DNA of 64,000 nucleotides from a virus. Below are positions 50,113 to 58,240 of this stretch, piece by piece; the first letter of the stretch is position 1; each line of letters opens with the position of its first letter. The notes beneath the pieces are model-generated. The model was not told the origin of the DNA, searched no databases, and was given only the letters and a program-made list of their open reading frames with translations. Location: IMG/VR virus record IMGVR_UViG_3300042260_000713, positions 1 through 64,000 of that record; one strand, given 5' to 3'. The translations under genes were made by a program, and so were the position numbers.

Positions 50113-51090
50113 TCAGAGCTTCTGGAACAGCCAGCTGGCGCAGCCCGGCGGGTAGACGCTGCACTGCTTGCCGGCGGAGAGCTTGCCGCGGCCGATGAGG
50201 CGCCAGCCGTTGCGTTCGGCACCGATCGAGCGGGCGGCGGCCCACTTGTTGATGCTGTGGGCATCGAGGCCCAGCAGGTGGGCCAGCTCGGGGCCGGTGA
50301 TCAGATCGCTGGGGCGGTAGCCGCCCTGCTGCTGCGCAGGCTGTGGGGGGCGCGCCTGGTGGTGTTGGGGCCGCGGGGCCGGGGCCGGCGTGGAGGGTGC
50401 GGGCCTCGGCGGCCGGGGCGGGGCGGCCACCGCTGCCATGGCAGCCAGACTCCGCCGACTTGGCCGCAGCGGCATGGTGGGATGCTGCCAGACGAGCTCT
50501 GTCCAGTCGCGGTTGCTGCAGGCCTGCCAGAACATGCGCAGGCTCAGGCAGTTGTGCAGCTCCGTGAGCTGCTTCCGCTGTCGCCAGAGCTGATCAGCCA
50601 CGAAGTCATGCGGCTGCGCAACGGCAGGCGCTCCCACCGGTTCGTTAGCTGGCCGGACCCTGACATGCAGCTCGGTGCCGATCCGTTCGATCGTCACCAT
50701 CGGCAGCGTGGTCGCGGGGGACGGCTCGGCGGCGATCCTGGGGGTGACGCCCTCCAGGAACCAGCCGTCCATCCACACGGCAAAGGCGGGGCTGATCCAG
50801 CGGGCCAGGTCGACGGCGATGCGGGGGTGAACCCAGGTGCCGCGCAGGTGGTTCGGGCCTGTGGTGATGGTCTGGATGGGGTTGGCTGGATTTCCAGCCG
50901 ACCCCAGAGCCTTTGTCAGCGCTGCGATGTAGGCCTGTGTGCGGTCGTTCTGGTGGTAGTTCTTCCAGAGCTTGCCGTTGGCCTTGCACATGGCCGTGGC
51001 GTTCACGTAGCCGTCGGTCGGTCGGCGCTGGATCTCCACACCGTTCCAGGTGCGCGACTCCAGCCCCAGGGGGGTGAGGGTGCTGTTCAT
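50113..51090 (-). CDS. KilA-N domain protein (possible antirepressor-like regulator)
   Basis: ATG at 51090. WNGVEIQRRPTDGYVNATAMCKANGKLWKNYHQNDRTQAYI...GTWVHPRIAVDLARWISPAFAVWMDGW is a KilA-N pattern. Confidence 0.7.
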   Translation of the reverse strand: MNSTLTPLGLESRTWNGVEIQRRPTDGYVNATAMCKANGKLWKNYHQNDRTQAYIAALTKALGSAGNPANPIQTITTGPNHLRGTWVHPRIAVDLARWISPAFAVWMDGWFLEGVTPRIAAEPSPATTLPMVTIERIGTELHVRVRPANEPVGAPAVAQPHDFVADQLWRQRKQLTELHNCLSLRMFWQACSNRDWTELVWQHPTMPLRPSRRSLAAMAAVAAPPRPPRPAPSTPAPAPRPQHHQARPPQPAQQQGGYRPSDLITGPELAHLLGLDAHSINKWAAARSIGAERNGWRLIGRGKLSAGKQCSVYPPGCASWLFQKL

Positions 51091-51627
51091 CAATGGCTCC
51101 CGCTCGAAGCGGGCTGATCGGGTGCCCAGTGCTGCCACTGGGTCCCGACAGCGTACATCAGTTCATCTGTCAAGGGGTGGCGGGTGGGGCCTCCAGTACC
51201 GAGCCCGAACGGCGCCCGATCGCACCGCTCCCGGCGCCCAGCCTTGCGGGGAGGGCCGACCCCACCCACCAGTGCAACGGTAAACGGAGCGAGGACAAGG
51301 GGGGCAGGCCTGAAGCACTGTGCTGAGCATCACAGGCCAGGCATCGTGACGTTCCGTGAACCGTCACAGCCTTTCCCATACTGTCAACCCTGCGAGGTTT
51401 ACACTATGGGCATCGGGGGGAGAGAGCCCCTGAGCAAATTCTCATCCCACCGCACCGCCCACCATGTATTTCATCATTGCTCCCGCCGCAGTCCGTCGCG
51501 GCGGCTGGCACTGGCGCCGGCAATTTGGCCCTGTTGTGTTCGGGGTTCACAGAAACGGAAATCTCAGCGCTGATGGTGCTGCCATACAGGCCTGGGTCCG
51601 GCTGCCGATCAGTTCTTGACCCCCCCC

Positions 51628-51804
51628 ATGCCCCCTACCTACACCACCTGCTGCGCCCCCAACTGCACCCGCCTGGCCCTCGGCTCCACCGCTCCCTGGT
51701 GCCACAAGTGCTGGCGCCGCCACACCGAAGAAGGCAGGCGCTGGGCGGCAGAGCAGACGGCCGCAAGCAGGGCCCGCCGCAAACGCAGCGCCGCTGCCTC
51801 ATGA
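51628..51804 (+). CDS. Small zinc-ribbon protein (copy A)
   Basis: MPPTYTTCCAPNCTRLALGSTAPWCHKCWRRHTEEGRRW... with a basic tail. The stop is in an ATGA overlap with the next gene. Confidence 0.5.
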   Translation: MPPTYTTCCAPNCTRLALGSTAPWCHKCWRRHTEEGRRWAAEQTAASRARRKRSAAAS

Positions 51805-52322
51805 AATACGGCACAGACCATTTCTTTTGTCATCTGATCATGTCAGACCCCTGCAGTCTCTATCACGGTTTCAAGCGCATTAACGAGCACGGCTGTAACG
51901 TGCAAGTCAACGGCTGTTTGTACAACGTTGACAATCCAGACGATTTTTTTGCAGTTGTCTGGGCCTGTTTTAATCTTCCCCGTCGCTTGACTCGCGGCGA
52001 ATACGAACTGCAATGTCGGACGCTTGGCGTCAGTCCTTTATCCGATAAGGACACTCAAAGGTTTTTTCATGGTTCGTGGGATCTAGGCACATACTTTGCC
52101 ACGGCTAAACTCAGAAAAAACTACGGCATACCCAATACGCTGCATCAAATTCGTGCTTATACGCTGAAAGACGAGCAAGCGCAAGTCTCTACGCCTATTG
52201 CCGAGTTTGTTGTCAAGCCGCCGGCAATGGAAGGTGAGCTGTGGGAACCCTGCGAAGTCTGCAATGAGCAGCCAGTGCACATGCCGTTGCATCTGTGCAG
52301 GGCTTGCTGGCCTACCGCCTAA
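51801..52322 (+). CDS. Hypothetical low-GC protein with C-terminal CxxC...CxxCW ribbon
   Basis: 173 aa, MKYGTDHFFCHLIMSDPCSLYHG...EPCEVCNEQPVHMPLHLCRACWPTA. Clearly AT-richer than its surroundings. Confidence 0.6.
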   Translation: MKYGTDHFFCHLIMSDPCSLYHGFKRINEHGCNVQVNGCLYNVDNPDDFFAVVWACFNLPRRLTRGEYELQCRTLGVSPLSDKDTQRFFHGSWDLGTYFATAKLRKNYGIPNTLHQIRAYTLKDEQAQVSTPIAEFVVKPPAMEGELWEPCEVCNEQPVHMPLHLCRACWPTA

Positions 52323-52328
52323 TTCTCA

Positions 52329-52516
52329 TGCCTGAGCCCGTTTTCACCACCTGCTGCGGTCCCGGCTGCACCCGCCTGGCCCTTGGCCGCCCGGCTCCCT
52401 GATGTCACAAGTGCTGGCGCCGCCACACCGAGGAGGGCCGGCATTGGGCCGCAGAGCAGACAGCCGCCAGCAGGGCCCGCCGCAAGCTCAGCGCCGCTGC
52501 TCCATTAAAATCTTAG
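52329..52516 (+). pseudogene. Second copy of the small zinc-ribbon gene (copy A') with an in-frame TGA replacing the Trp codon
   Basis: MPEPVFTTCCGPGCTRLALGRPAP*CHKCWRRHTEEGRHW.... TGA at 52401-52403 aligns with the TGG of copy A. DNA identity is about 85% by eye over about 160 nt. Confidence 0.55.
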
Positions 52517-52554
52517 TAGATGTCGGAGATGTACCGCTCGGGAGACGAAGGCTT

Positions 52555-53322
52555 TTAGCCTCTCAGGATTGCGTTAAAGTCTTCTATTGCCTCCCTCATG
52601 CTTGGGTCTTCGCCTGGGTCATAGAATCTCTGTGTGGGTGGTTTCTTGTCGAGTTCCGTTGTTTTGCGGAATGCCGCAAAGTTTTCATTGTGCTGGATGA
52701 GGTCTTTTAGGTTGCTTCGCTCTGTGTAGCCAGTGTAATAACCCAGTTTGTAGGCGTTCTGGAAGCTCGGCTGGGCTGCTGTTTGGCCTGCATACGGCTT
52801 GCCCATGGCGAGATCAAGTGCACCTTGCCCCTTGCCTAATAAATAGGGTTCTGTTGAACGGAGGAGCCTGGAAGCGTAGTCACGTTTTTTGAGGCCAAAG
52901 CTCTTGCCCAAGCGTGTTTTGTTGACATCAAACGCGGCAAGCTCCTTGGCATATTCTTCTTCGGTACGGATCCTGATTTTCTTTTTATCATTGGCGGTGA
53001 GCCTATAAACGCCTGGCACGGGAGATTCTGTGCGAACTCTGGTGCTCCGCAAACTAACCGCTTTCTGGCTGCGCCTTGCTGCGATAGCCCCGGCCATTTC
53101 CCCAGCCTCCCTGGCCTTGAGCGTGCCGATGCCCCGCTGGCTGGAGGGGCCCCCTGCGGCCAGGGCCATGAGGCGCTTCAGGCGCTCTTTCCCGATCGCC
53201 GATCCGGGACTGCTCCTGCACTCCTTTTGCAGGCTGATGCACGTTGCCCCGCACCCATAGCCAGTGGAGCACTTCCGCTTGAGGGCATCGATCCGCAGCT
53301 GCAGGCTGTCGGCTCGGTTCAT
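52555..53322 (-). CDS. Cys4-module protein with low-GC C-terminal domain
   Basis: MNRADSLQLRIDALKRKCSTGYGCGATCISLQKECRSSPGSAIGKERLKRLMALAAGG.... The C-terminal half (52555-53040) is AT-richer. Confidence 0.65.
   Translation of the reverse strand: MNRADSLQLRIDALKRKCSTGYGCGATCISLQKECRSSPGSAIGKERLKRLMALAAGGPSSQRGIGTLKAREAGEMAGAIAARRSQKAVSLRSTRVRTESPVPGVYRLTANDKKKIRIRTEEEYAKELAAFDVNKTRLGKSFGLKKRDYASRLLRSTEPYLLGKGQGALDLAMGKPYAGQTAAQPSFQNAYKLGYYTGYTERSNLKDLIQHNENFAAFRKTTELDKKPPTQRFYDPGEDPSMREAIEDFNAILRG
53149..53307 (-). repeat. Cys4-module repeat, copy 2
   Basis: DNA and protein similarity to copy 1 (11405-11563) and to the three copies in the giant ORF. Confidence 0.85.
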
Positions 53323-53397
53323 CTCTCGTCTCCTTTTGCAGAAAGGGGCCCCGCAGGGCCCCCATGGTTGCTGTCAGCCGCGGCCTGGTGATCAGGC

Positions 53398-54408
53398 TCA
53401 GGCGGTGCGGAAGGTGGTGGAGAAGCCCGCCAGCGGCCGGCGGATGCCGCCGGCATCGGCCACCAGGGAGGCGTTCACAGCCTGGGTGATTGCCCCATCG
53501 CGCACCACCAGGCGGTAGATGGTCTCGGCCGCCAGGTCGGCGGAGGGGTTGATCGTCACCACGCCGCCCGCCAGGGTCACCATCGCCGGCACGCGCACGC
53601 CGCTGGAAGCCACCTCGAGGCGGAAACCGCTGCCATCGGCCGCGCCAAGCGCCAGCTGGGTGAGCGGTGCGGTGCCATCGCTGGTGTAGGTCACGGTGAG
53701 GTTGTTGCCCACCGCCACCGCCGTGGCGTTGTCGGCCGGCACCACCGCATAGCGGCGGCTGCCGCTGTTCGGCGCCGTGCTCAGGATCACGCTCTGCACC
53801 GCACCGGTGGCCAGCGGCGCGCTGCCGGCGTTGAAACGGCCGAACACCGCCCGGCCGCGGCTCATGCCGTCGAAGGTCACGTTGATCAGATCCTCGGCGG
53901 CCTGGGGCTCCTTGTAGTTGCGCAGCGCTGCGTTGAAGCAGGCGTAGTCGTACACGTAGTCGCCGGTGTTGCCGCCGCTGCGGCCCAACTCCTTGAACAT
54001 CTCCACGAACACCTCGGAGTCGGTGTCGTAGCGGGCCTTCTCCACAATCGCGAACTCTTCGGAGTAGTCGCCGCGGAACTCGGGGCAGCCACCAGCGGCG
54101 CCCTGCACGATCAGCTTGGAGAAGAAGGTGTCAAACGAGGCGCTCACCTTGCTGCCGGTTGTCACCGCATCGCTCCAGCCGCCATCACCGATCAGGCGAA
54201 ACTCCCGATCGTTGTTGTCAACATTGAACGACACCTGCTTGACGGTCTGCAGCTCCCGGGCCCAATCGCCGGGATCGAGGGTGGGCCGGGTGATGAAGCC
54301 ACTCTCATCGCGGGTGGCGAAATACCGGCAGGGGGCGCGCAGGGGGGTCATCAGCAGCACACTGCGGTGCGCCTTGATGAAGCTCTGCCCGATCGCGGTG
54401 TCAGTCAT
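53398..54408 (-). CDS. Major tail (tube) protein with C-terminal Ig-like domain
   Basis: 336 aa, located after the head-tail connector genes. The C-terminal part ...NLTVTYTSDGTAPLTQLALGAADGSGFRLEV...VTINPSADLAAETIYRLVV looks Ig-like. Confidence 0.55.
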   Translation of the reverse strand: MTDTAIGQSFIKAHRSVLLMTPLRAPCRYFATRDESGFITRPTLDPGDWARELQTVKQVSFNVDNNDREFRLIGDGGWSDAVTTGSKVSASFDTFFSKLIVQGAAGGCPEFRGDYSEEFAIVEKARYDTDSEVFVEMFKELGRSGGNTGDYVYDYACFNAALRNYKEPQAAEDLINVTFDGMSRGRAVFGRFNAGSAPLATGAVQSVILSTAPNSGSRRYAVVPADNATAVAVGNNLTVTYTSDGTAPLTQLALGAADGSGFRLEVASSGVRVPAMVTLAGGVVTINPSADLAAETIYRLVVRDGAITQAVNASLVADAGGIRRPLAGFSTTFRTA

Positions 54409-54470
54409 GGTGGGGTCCTTGAGGAGGTCGAAGGAAGGGAGAGAGGCGGCCGCTGTGCAGCCCGTGGCTG

Positions 54471-54908
54471 TCAGCCGGAGGCTGCCAGTGAGGCGATGTA
54501 GACGGGATCGGGCAGCTCCACAATGAGCCGCTCGTAGCTGTCATCAGTTTGGGGCTGGTGACGTTGCTGGGCGGTGGGCCAGGCCCTGAAGGCCAGCAGC
54601 CGCACCGCCTCGAGGTTGCTGCTGGTGTCGAACTGGGTGAAGGTCACCGTCCAGGTGCGCATCGTGGCCATGGTGCGTGTGGGAGCACCCAGGAGCTCGC
54701 GCTCTGGGGCCTCCACCAGCACCGCCTCGATGCCGGTGGCGGTGTAGCTGGGCCGCACCTGCCCCTTGCCCACCGTCCAGAAGGCCTGGATCGGCGGGCC
54801 GCTGGGCCGCTGGTATTGGCCCAGCAGGTGGCCGAACAGCATGCGCAGCTCATCGGCCACCTGGCGCACGCTGGCGCCCAGCTCCACCTGGCAGCGTGCC
54901 TGGGTCAT
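54471..54908 (-). CDS. Head-tail joining/tail completion protein (position-based)
   Basis: 145-aa ORF with ATGA overlap to the upstream gene. Confidence 0.5.
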   Translation of the reverse strand: MTQARCQVELGASVRQVADELRMLFGHLLGQYQRPSGPPIQAFWTVGKGQVRPSYTATGIEAVLVEAPERELLGAPTRTMATMRTWTVTFTQFDTSSNLEAVRLLAFRAWPTAQQRHQPQTDDSYERLIVELPDPVYIASLAASG

Positions 54909-55384
54909 GCGGCACCTCCAGCAGGCGGCAAGGCCGATGGCCCCGCAGGAGCGGCGCCACCCCGGCGGTTGCCGCCCAATCCCCGGCGCTTGGCCGACAG
55001 GGTGAAGTGCAACTGGAAGGCACGCTGCAGCTTCACCCGCTCGCGCTGCAGCTCCCGCGTCCAGGGCCGGGCCGGCCTGGTGCGGGGCTGCCCCTCGCTG
55101 TCATTGGCCTTGTAGACGGCGCCGTCGTGTACCGCAGGGGCATAGGGGGCAGTCCAGCGGAACTTCGTCTCCATCACCCCAGGTCGGGGGTTGATGGCCA
55201 TCTCCTGCGACTTGCGCAGGTCGCCGGTGTCCACGATGTCCCGAGGGCTCTCCCCACGCGGCCAGTCCCATTTCGGCTCGGTGATGTGCCGGGTGAGCTC
55301 CGAATCCACGTACGCGGAGAAGCGCCCCCAGGCCTCACCCACCACCTCGCGCAGCAGCTGCTGATCCATCGGCTGGTCAGCCAT
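54905..55384 (-). CDS. HK97 gp10-like head-tail adaptor
   Basis: ATG at 55384. ...PRDIVDTGDLRKSQEMAINP...WTAPYAPAVHDGAVY...PARPW resembles the gp10-family pattern. Confidence 0.55.
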   Translation of the reverse strand: MADQPMDQQLLREVVGEAWGRFSAYVDSELTRHITEPKWDWPRGESPRDIVDTGDLRKSQEMAINPRPGVMETKFRWTAPYAPAVHDGAVYKANDSEGQPRTRPARPWTRELQRERVKLQRAFQLHFTLSAKRRGLGGNRRGGAAPAGPSALPPAGGAA

Positions 55385-55778
55385 TGCCGCGGCCTCCTGT
55401 AACCCTGAAGGTGCCGTTGATCTGCTGGCGCAGCAGCGGCATGGCCCCCACCGGCGCCCCCAGGTCTTCCTGCAGCTCAAAGCGGCCGCGGCGGCCGTTG
55501 ATCACCGCGGCGGCCTTGCTGCCGCTCACGATCCGTGGATCAAGAGTGGCAGGGCTCAGCAGCCGGCCAGTGCAAGGGAAGGTGCTCTCATCGACGCCCA
55601 CCTGCTTCTCCCAGCGGCCGCGGTTGAGCCGCAGCGCCGCCAGGTAGTGGATCGTCTCGGTGGCCGCCACCTGGTTGCCGGTCTCCGGATCCACCGTGAG
55701 GGCGGCGCCGGCCACCTCAAACGCCAGGGTGGCAGTGGCGAGGTTGCCGTAGGCAGTGGCGGGCTGGGGAGTGCTCAT
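55377..55778 (-). CDS. Hypothetical head-tail protein
   Basis: ATG at 55778 (MSTPQPATAYGN...). Confidence 0.5.
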   Translation of the reverse strand: MSTPQPATAYGNLATATLAFEVAGAALTVDPETGNQVAATETIHYLAALRLNRGRWEKQVGVDESTFPCTGRLLSPATLDPRIVSGSKAAAVINGRRGRFELQEDLGAPVGAMPLLRQQINGTFRVTGGRGNG

Positions 55779-55782
55779 CAGA

Positions 55783-56091
55783 TCAGACCATGAAGCCGCA
55801 GGTGAGCGGTAGACAGGCCTGCAGCTCGGCAAACTGCTGGCCGTAGTGGCTGGCCTGCAGTCCGTTGCCGGCCGATGGCGGCGCCTGGCCCACCTGGGCG
55901 CCCACCTCCCGCACCCGGCAGGCGATCAGATGGGCAGCAAACAGGCCCACCCCATCACCGTGCAGATCGCCCCACACCGCTTCGCTGCAGCGCCGGCCGG
56001 CGGTGGCCAGCGCCGCCTCCAGCTGGGCGTGCGTGTGCACCTCCAGCTCAGGGAAGCGGTCGAGCAGCTCGGAGAGGGTGGGGATCGCCAT
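55783..56091 (-). CDS. Head-tail connector-like protein (DUF4054-like)
   Basis: ATG at 56091. MAIPTLSELLDRFPELEV...AVWGDLHGDGVGLFAAHLIA. The longer 272-aa ORF upstream part is a Pro/Arg/Gly-rich wrong-frame read. Confidence 0.5.
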   Translation of the reverse strand: MAIPTLSELLDRFPELEVHTHAQLEAALATAGRRCSEAVWGDLHGDGVGLFAAHLIACRVREVGAQVGQAPPSAGNGLQASHYGQQFAELQACLPLTCGFMV

Positions 56092-56093
56092 GG

Positions 56094-56591
56094 TCAGGGC
56101 CGGCCGTCGGCGATCTCCTTGATCCGGGCGGCGAGCTTGTCGCGCACCGCCTGCCGGTCTTCCTTGCGCAGCCACTGCTCCAGCTGCTCGGTGTTGCGGC
56201 AGCCGTAGATCAGCCGGATCGCCACCACATTGGGCACGGCGGCCAGCGACACCTCGCCGTCGGCGTTGGTGGCGCCATCGGTGAGCTCGATCTCCTGGAT
56301 CAGGCCGCGGCCCATCAGCTCCTGGGTGTCGGGGCGGGCCTTGGCCTGCTCCCACAGCTCGCGGGGCACCGGGGCGTTGAGGCCCGGGGTGATCCGCAGG
56401 GTGGTGGGATTGGCCACAGGCCCGAAGGCCCAGGCGACCGCGCCGCCGCGGCAGGACTGCAGGCAGGCCTCGTTCAGCTCGGGGGTGAAGATCACCGCCA
56501 GCTCGCCGGAAACCGGCTGGCCGGAAACCGGCTGGTCCTCGGCGGGGTCGGCCTGGGCCTTGCTGATCGGCTTGGTGGGGGTAGAGGTCAT
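56094..56591 (-). CDS. Hypothetical head protein
   Basis: 165-aa ORF directly downstream of the capsid gene. Confidence 0.55.
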   Translation of the reverse strand: MTSTPTKPISKAQADPAEDQPVSGQPVSGELAVIFTPELNEACLQSCRGGAVAWAFGPVANPTTLRITPGLNAPVPRELWEQAKARPDTQELMGRGLIQEIELTDGATNADGEVSLAAVPNVVAIRLIYGCRNTEQLEQWLRKEDRQAVRDKLAARIKEIADGRP

Positions 56592-56640
56592 GGAGAACCA
56601 ATGGGGAACAGGGGTGTGGGGCGGGGCTGATCAGCAGGGA

Positions 56641-57576
56641 TCAGCCGCCGTCCTGGATGTAGAGGAACGCCAGGGGGAAATCGGGGATGAAGCCGCCGAT
56701 CTTGCTCATCGACGGCACCACGAACTTGAGATTGCGCGGCTGGGGCGGCAGGAAGGTGAGGGGCAGGGGGATGTGGAACTTGCCCTTGGTGGGATCCTTC
56801 TTGTAGAAGAGCATCCGCCGGGCGCTCAGGTTGCCGCCGCTGTTGGCTGGGTCGAGCTCGTTGATCGGCTCCACCGATTTGATGCCGGGGTTCATCTTCA
56901 GGAACAGCTCCAGCACCGTGGTGTTGTCGGTGGTGGACCGGCAGGTGGTTGAGACGATCCGGTGATCCGACTCAGCCATCAGCACGGAGTCGGGCTGCTC
57001 GATCTGCTTGCTGTTGGCACGCATCTGGGTGACGCCGAAGTTCAGCAGATCCAGCATCTGCTGGGGGGTGGTGTTGGCGTCGTTGAACCAGGCGTCGCTG
57101 TTGTTGCCCGTCACCACCACACGATCGATGGCAGGGTGGTTGAGCATGCCCCGCAGGCCGGTGCCGGCACGGCCGAACAAGCAAGTGAGGTTGTTGCGGC
57201 GCTCGTAGGCGTCGCGCACAGCATCGGCCCTCTCGGTGGTGAGGTTGACGCCGGCCATCTTCGCGGCCAGCAGCTCGCCCTGGGTGTAGTCGAACGAGCC
57301 GCCGAACTCGCGGATCTCGTTGACGATCTCACCCACCTTCACGCCGGAACGGGGCAAATCGTCGGCCGCATCGGCAATCAGATCAAAGGCGCCGGTGCGA
57401 TCCCACAGCGTGCGCTTGATCGAGGTGGCGCCGGGATTCACCTCGAAGGAAACGGGGCAGATCCGGGGGTAGACGATCTCGGCATAGGGTTTGCGCAGCA
57501 CACCGGGGATGATGTGCTGCAGCTGGTCGGCCAGGAACGCCCCACTCTGGTAGGCGTCGTCCATTCGGTGGCTCAT
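56641..57576 (-). CDS. Major capsid protein (DUF2184-like, HK97-fold class)
   Basis: 311 aa. Pattern and position match the DUF2213/DUF2184 head gene set: scaffold/protease gene, then a small gene, then the capsid gene. Confidence 0.7.
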   Translation of the reverse strand: MSHRMDDAYQSGAFLADQLQHIIPGVLRKPYAEIVYPRICPVSFEVNPGATSIKRTLWDRTGAFDLIADAADDLPRSGVKVGEIVNEIREFGGSFDYTQGELLAAKMAGVNLTTERADAVRDAYERRNNLTCLFGRAGTGLRGMLNHPAIDRVVVTGNNSDAWFNDANTTPQQMLDLLNFGVTQMRANSKQIEQPDSVLMAESDHRIVSTTCRSTTDNTTVLELFLKMNPGIKSVEPINELDPANSGGNLSARRMLFYKKDPTKGKFHIPLPLTFLPPQPRNLKFVVPSMSKIGGFIPDFPLAFLYIQDGG

Positions 57577-57628
57577 TGTTCGGGCTCCAGGAGGGGGCAG
57601 GGGAAAGAAGGGGTGGTGGTGGGGAGGA

Positions 57629-58201
57629 TCAGGTGTCGGCGGTGAAGGTCAGCGCTGCAGGGGAGTTGACCCGCAGCACCAGCAGGCCACCGGCAGCGGC
57701 GCCGCGCTCGATCTCCCAGGCGCCGGCGGCCAGGTTGAGGCTGTTGCCGGCCGAGGCCGTCTTGCCCCACTTGCCGGAATTGGGGCCGGACTTGAAGTAG
57801 CGCAGGGCCTCGCCGGGGGCGACGGCCTCGAAGACCTCGATGTAGATCGCGCCCTCCTTGAGGATGTTCACCGCATAACCGGGATGAATGCCCCCCTGGT
57901 AGGGAGTGGCGGCATCACGGTGGCTGAGCTCCTGGACATCGGTGAGCACCGAGATCCCGAGGATCGCGCCGGCGGCGGAGGCCACCTGGGCGGAGTTGGG
58001 CAGCACGCCGGAGCCGTTGCGCACCAGCGGCACCCCGAAGGGCAGCGTGCCAGTGGTTTCGTTGCTGCCGCTGATGATCCGGCTGCCGCTGATGTCGGCC
58101 AGCTCGCCGATGCGGCCAATGGCCATCTGCATCGGGTAGTCGCGGCCCACACCCACCTGGGGGGACATGCTGCCGGCGTTGTTGGTGAAGGTCTGGGCCA
58201 T
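57629..58201 (-). CDS. Head accessory/decoration-like protein
   Basis: 190-aa ORF between the scaffold/protease and capsid genes. Confidence 0.5.
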   Translation of the reverse strand: MAQTFTNNAGSMSPQVGVGRDYPMQMAIGRIGELADISGSRIISGSNETTGTLPFGVPLVRNGSGVLPNSAQVASAAGAILGISVLTDVQELSHRDAATPYQGGIHPGYAVNILKEGAIYIEVFEAVAPGEALRYFKSGPNSGKWGKTASAGNSLNLAAGAWEIERGAAAGGLLVLRVNSPAALTFTADT

Positions 58202-58240
58202 GGGAGGAATGCAGAGGGGCGAGGGGATGGATAGGGGCGA

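Noticed and set aside
51139-51600. tRNA or other structured RNA gene in the long intergenic stretch (also checked in 6140-6485, 24000-24411 and 26691-26947)
   Set aside because: I could not find a cloverleaf with a GTTCRANYC-type T-loop, a CCA-adjacent acceptor stem or rRNA-like sequence by eye. A tRNAscan/Infernal run is needed to be sure.
52401-52403. In-frame TGA in copy A' as evidence of TGA-to-Trp recoding
   Set aside because: TGA is used as a genuine stop throughout this genome, including in many ATGA and GTGA stop/start overlaps. A simple TGG-to-TGA inactivating mutation is more economical.
56092-56601. N-terminal part of the 272-aa ORF 55783-56601
   Set aside because: It is a Pro/Arg/Gly-rich wrong-frame read over the 56094-56591 gene. 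Only the part from ATG 56091 was kept.
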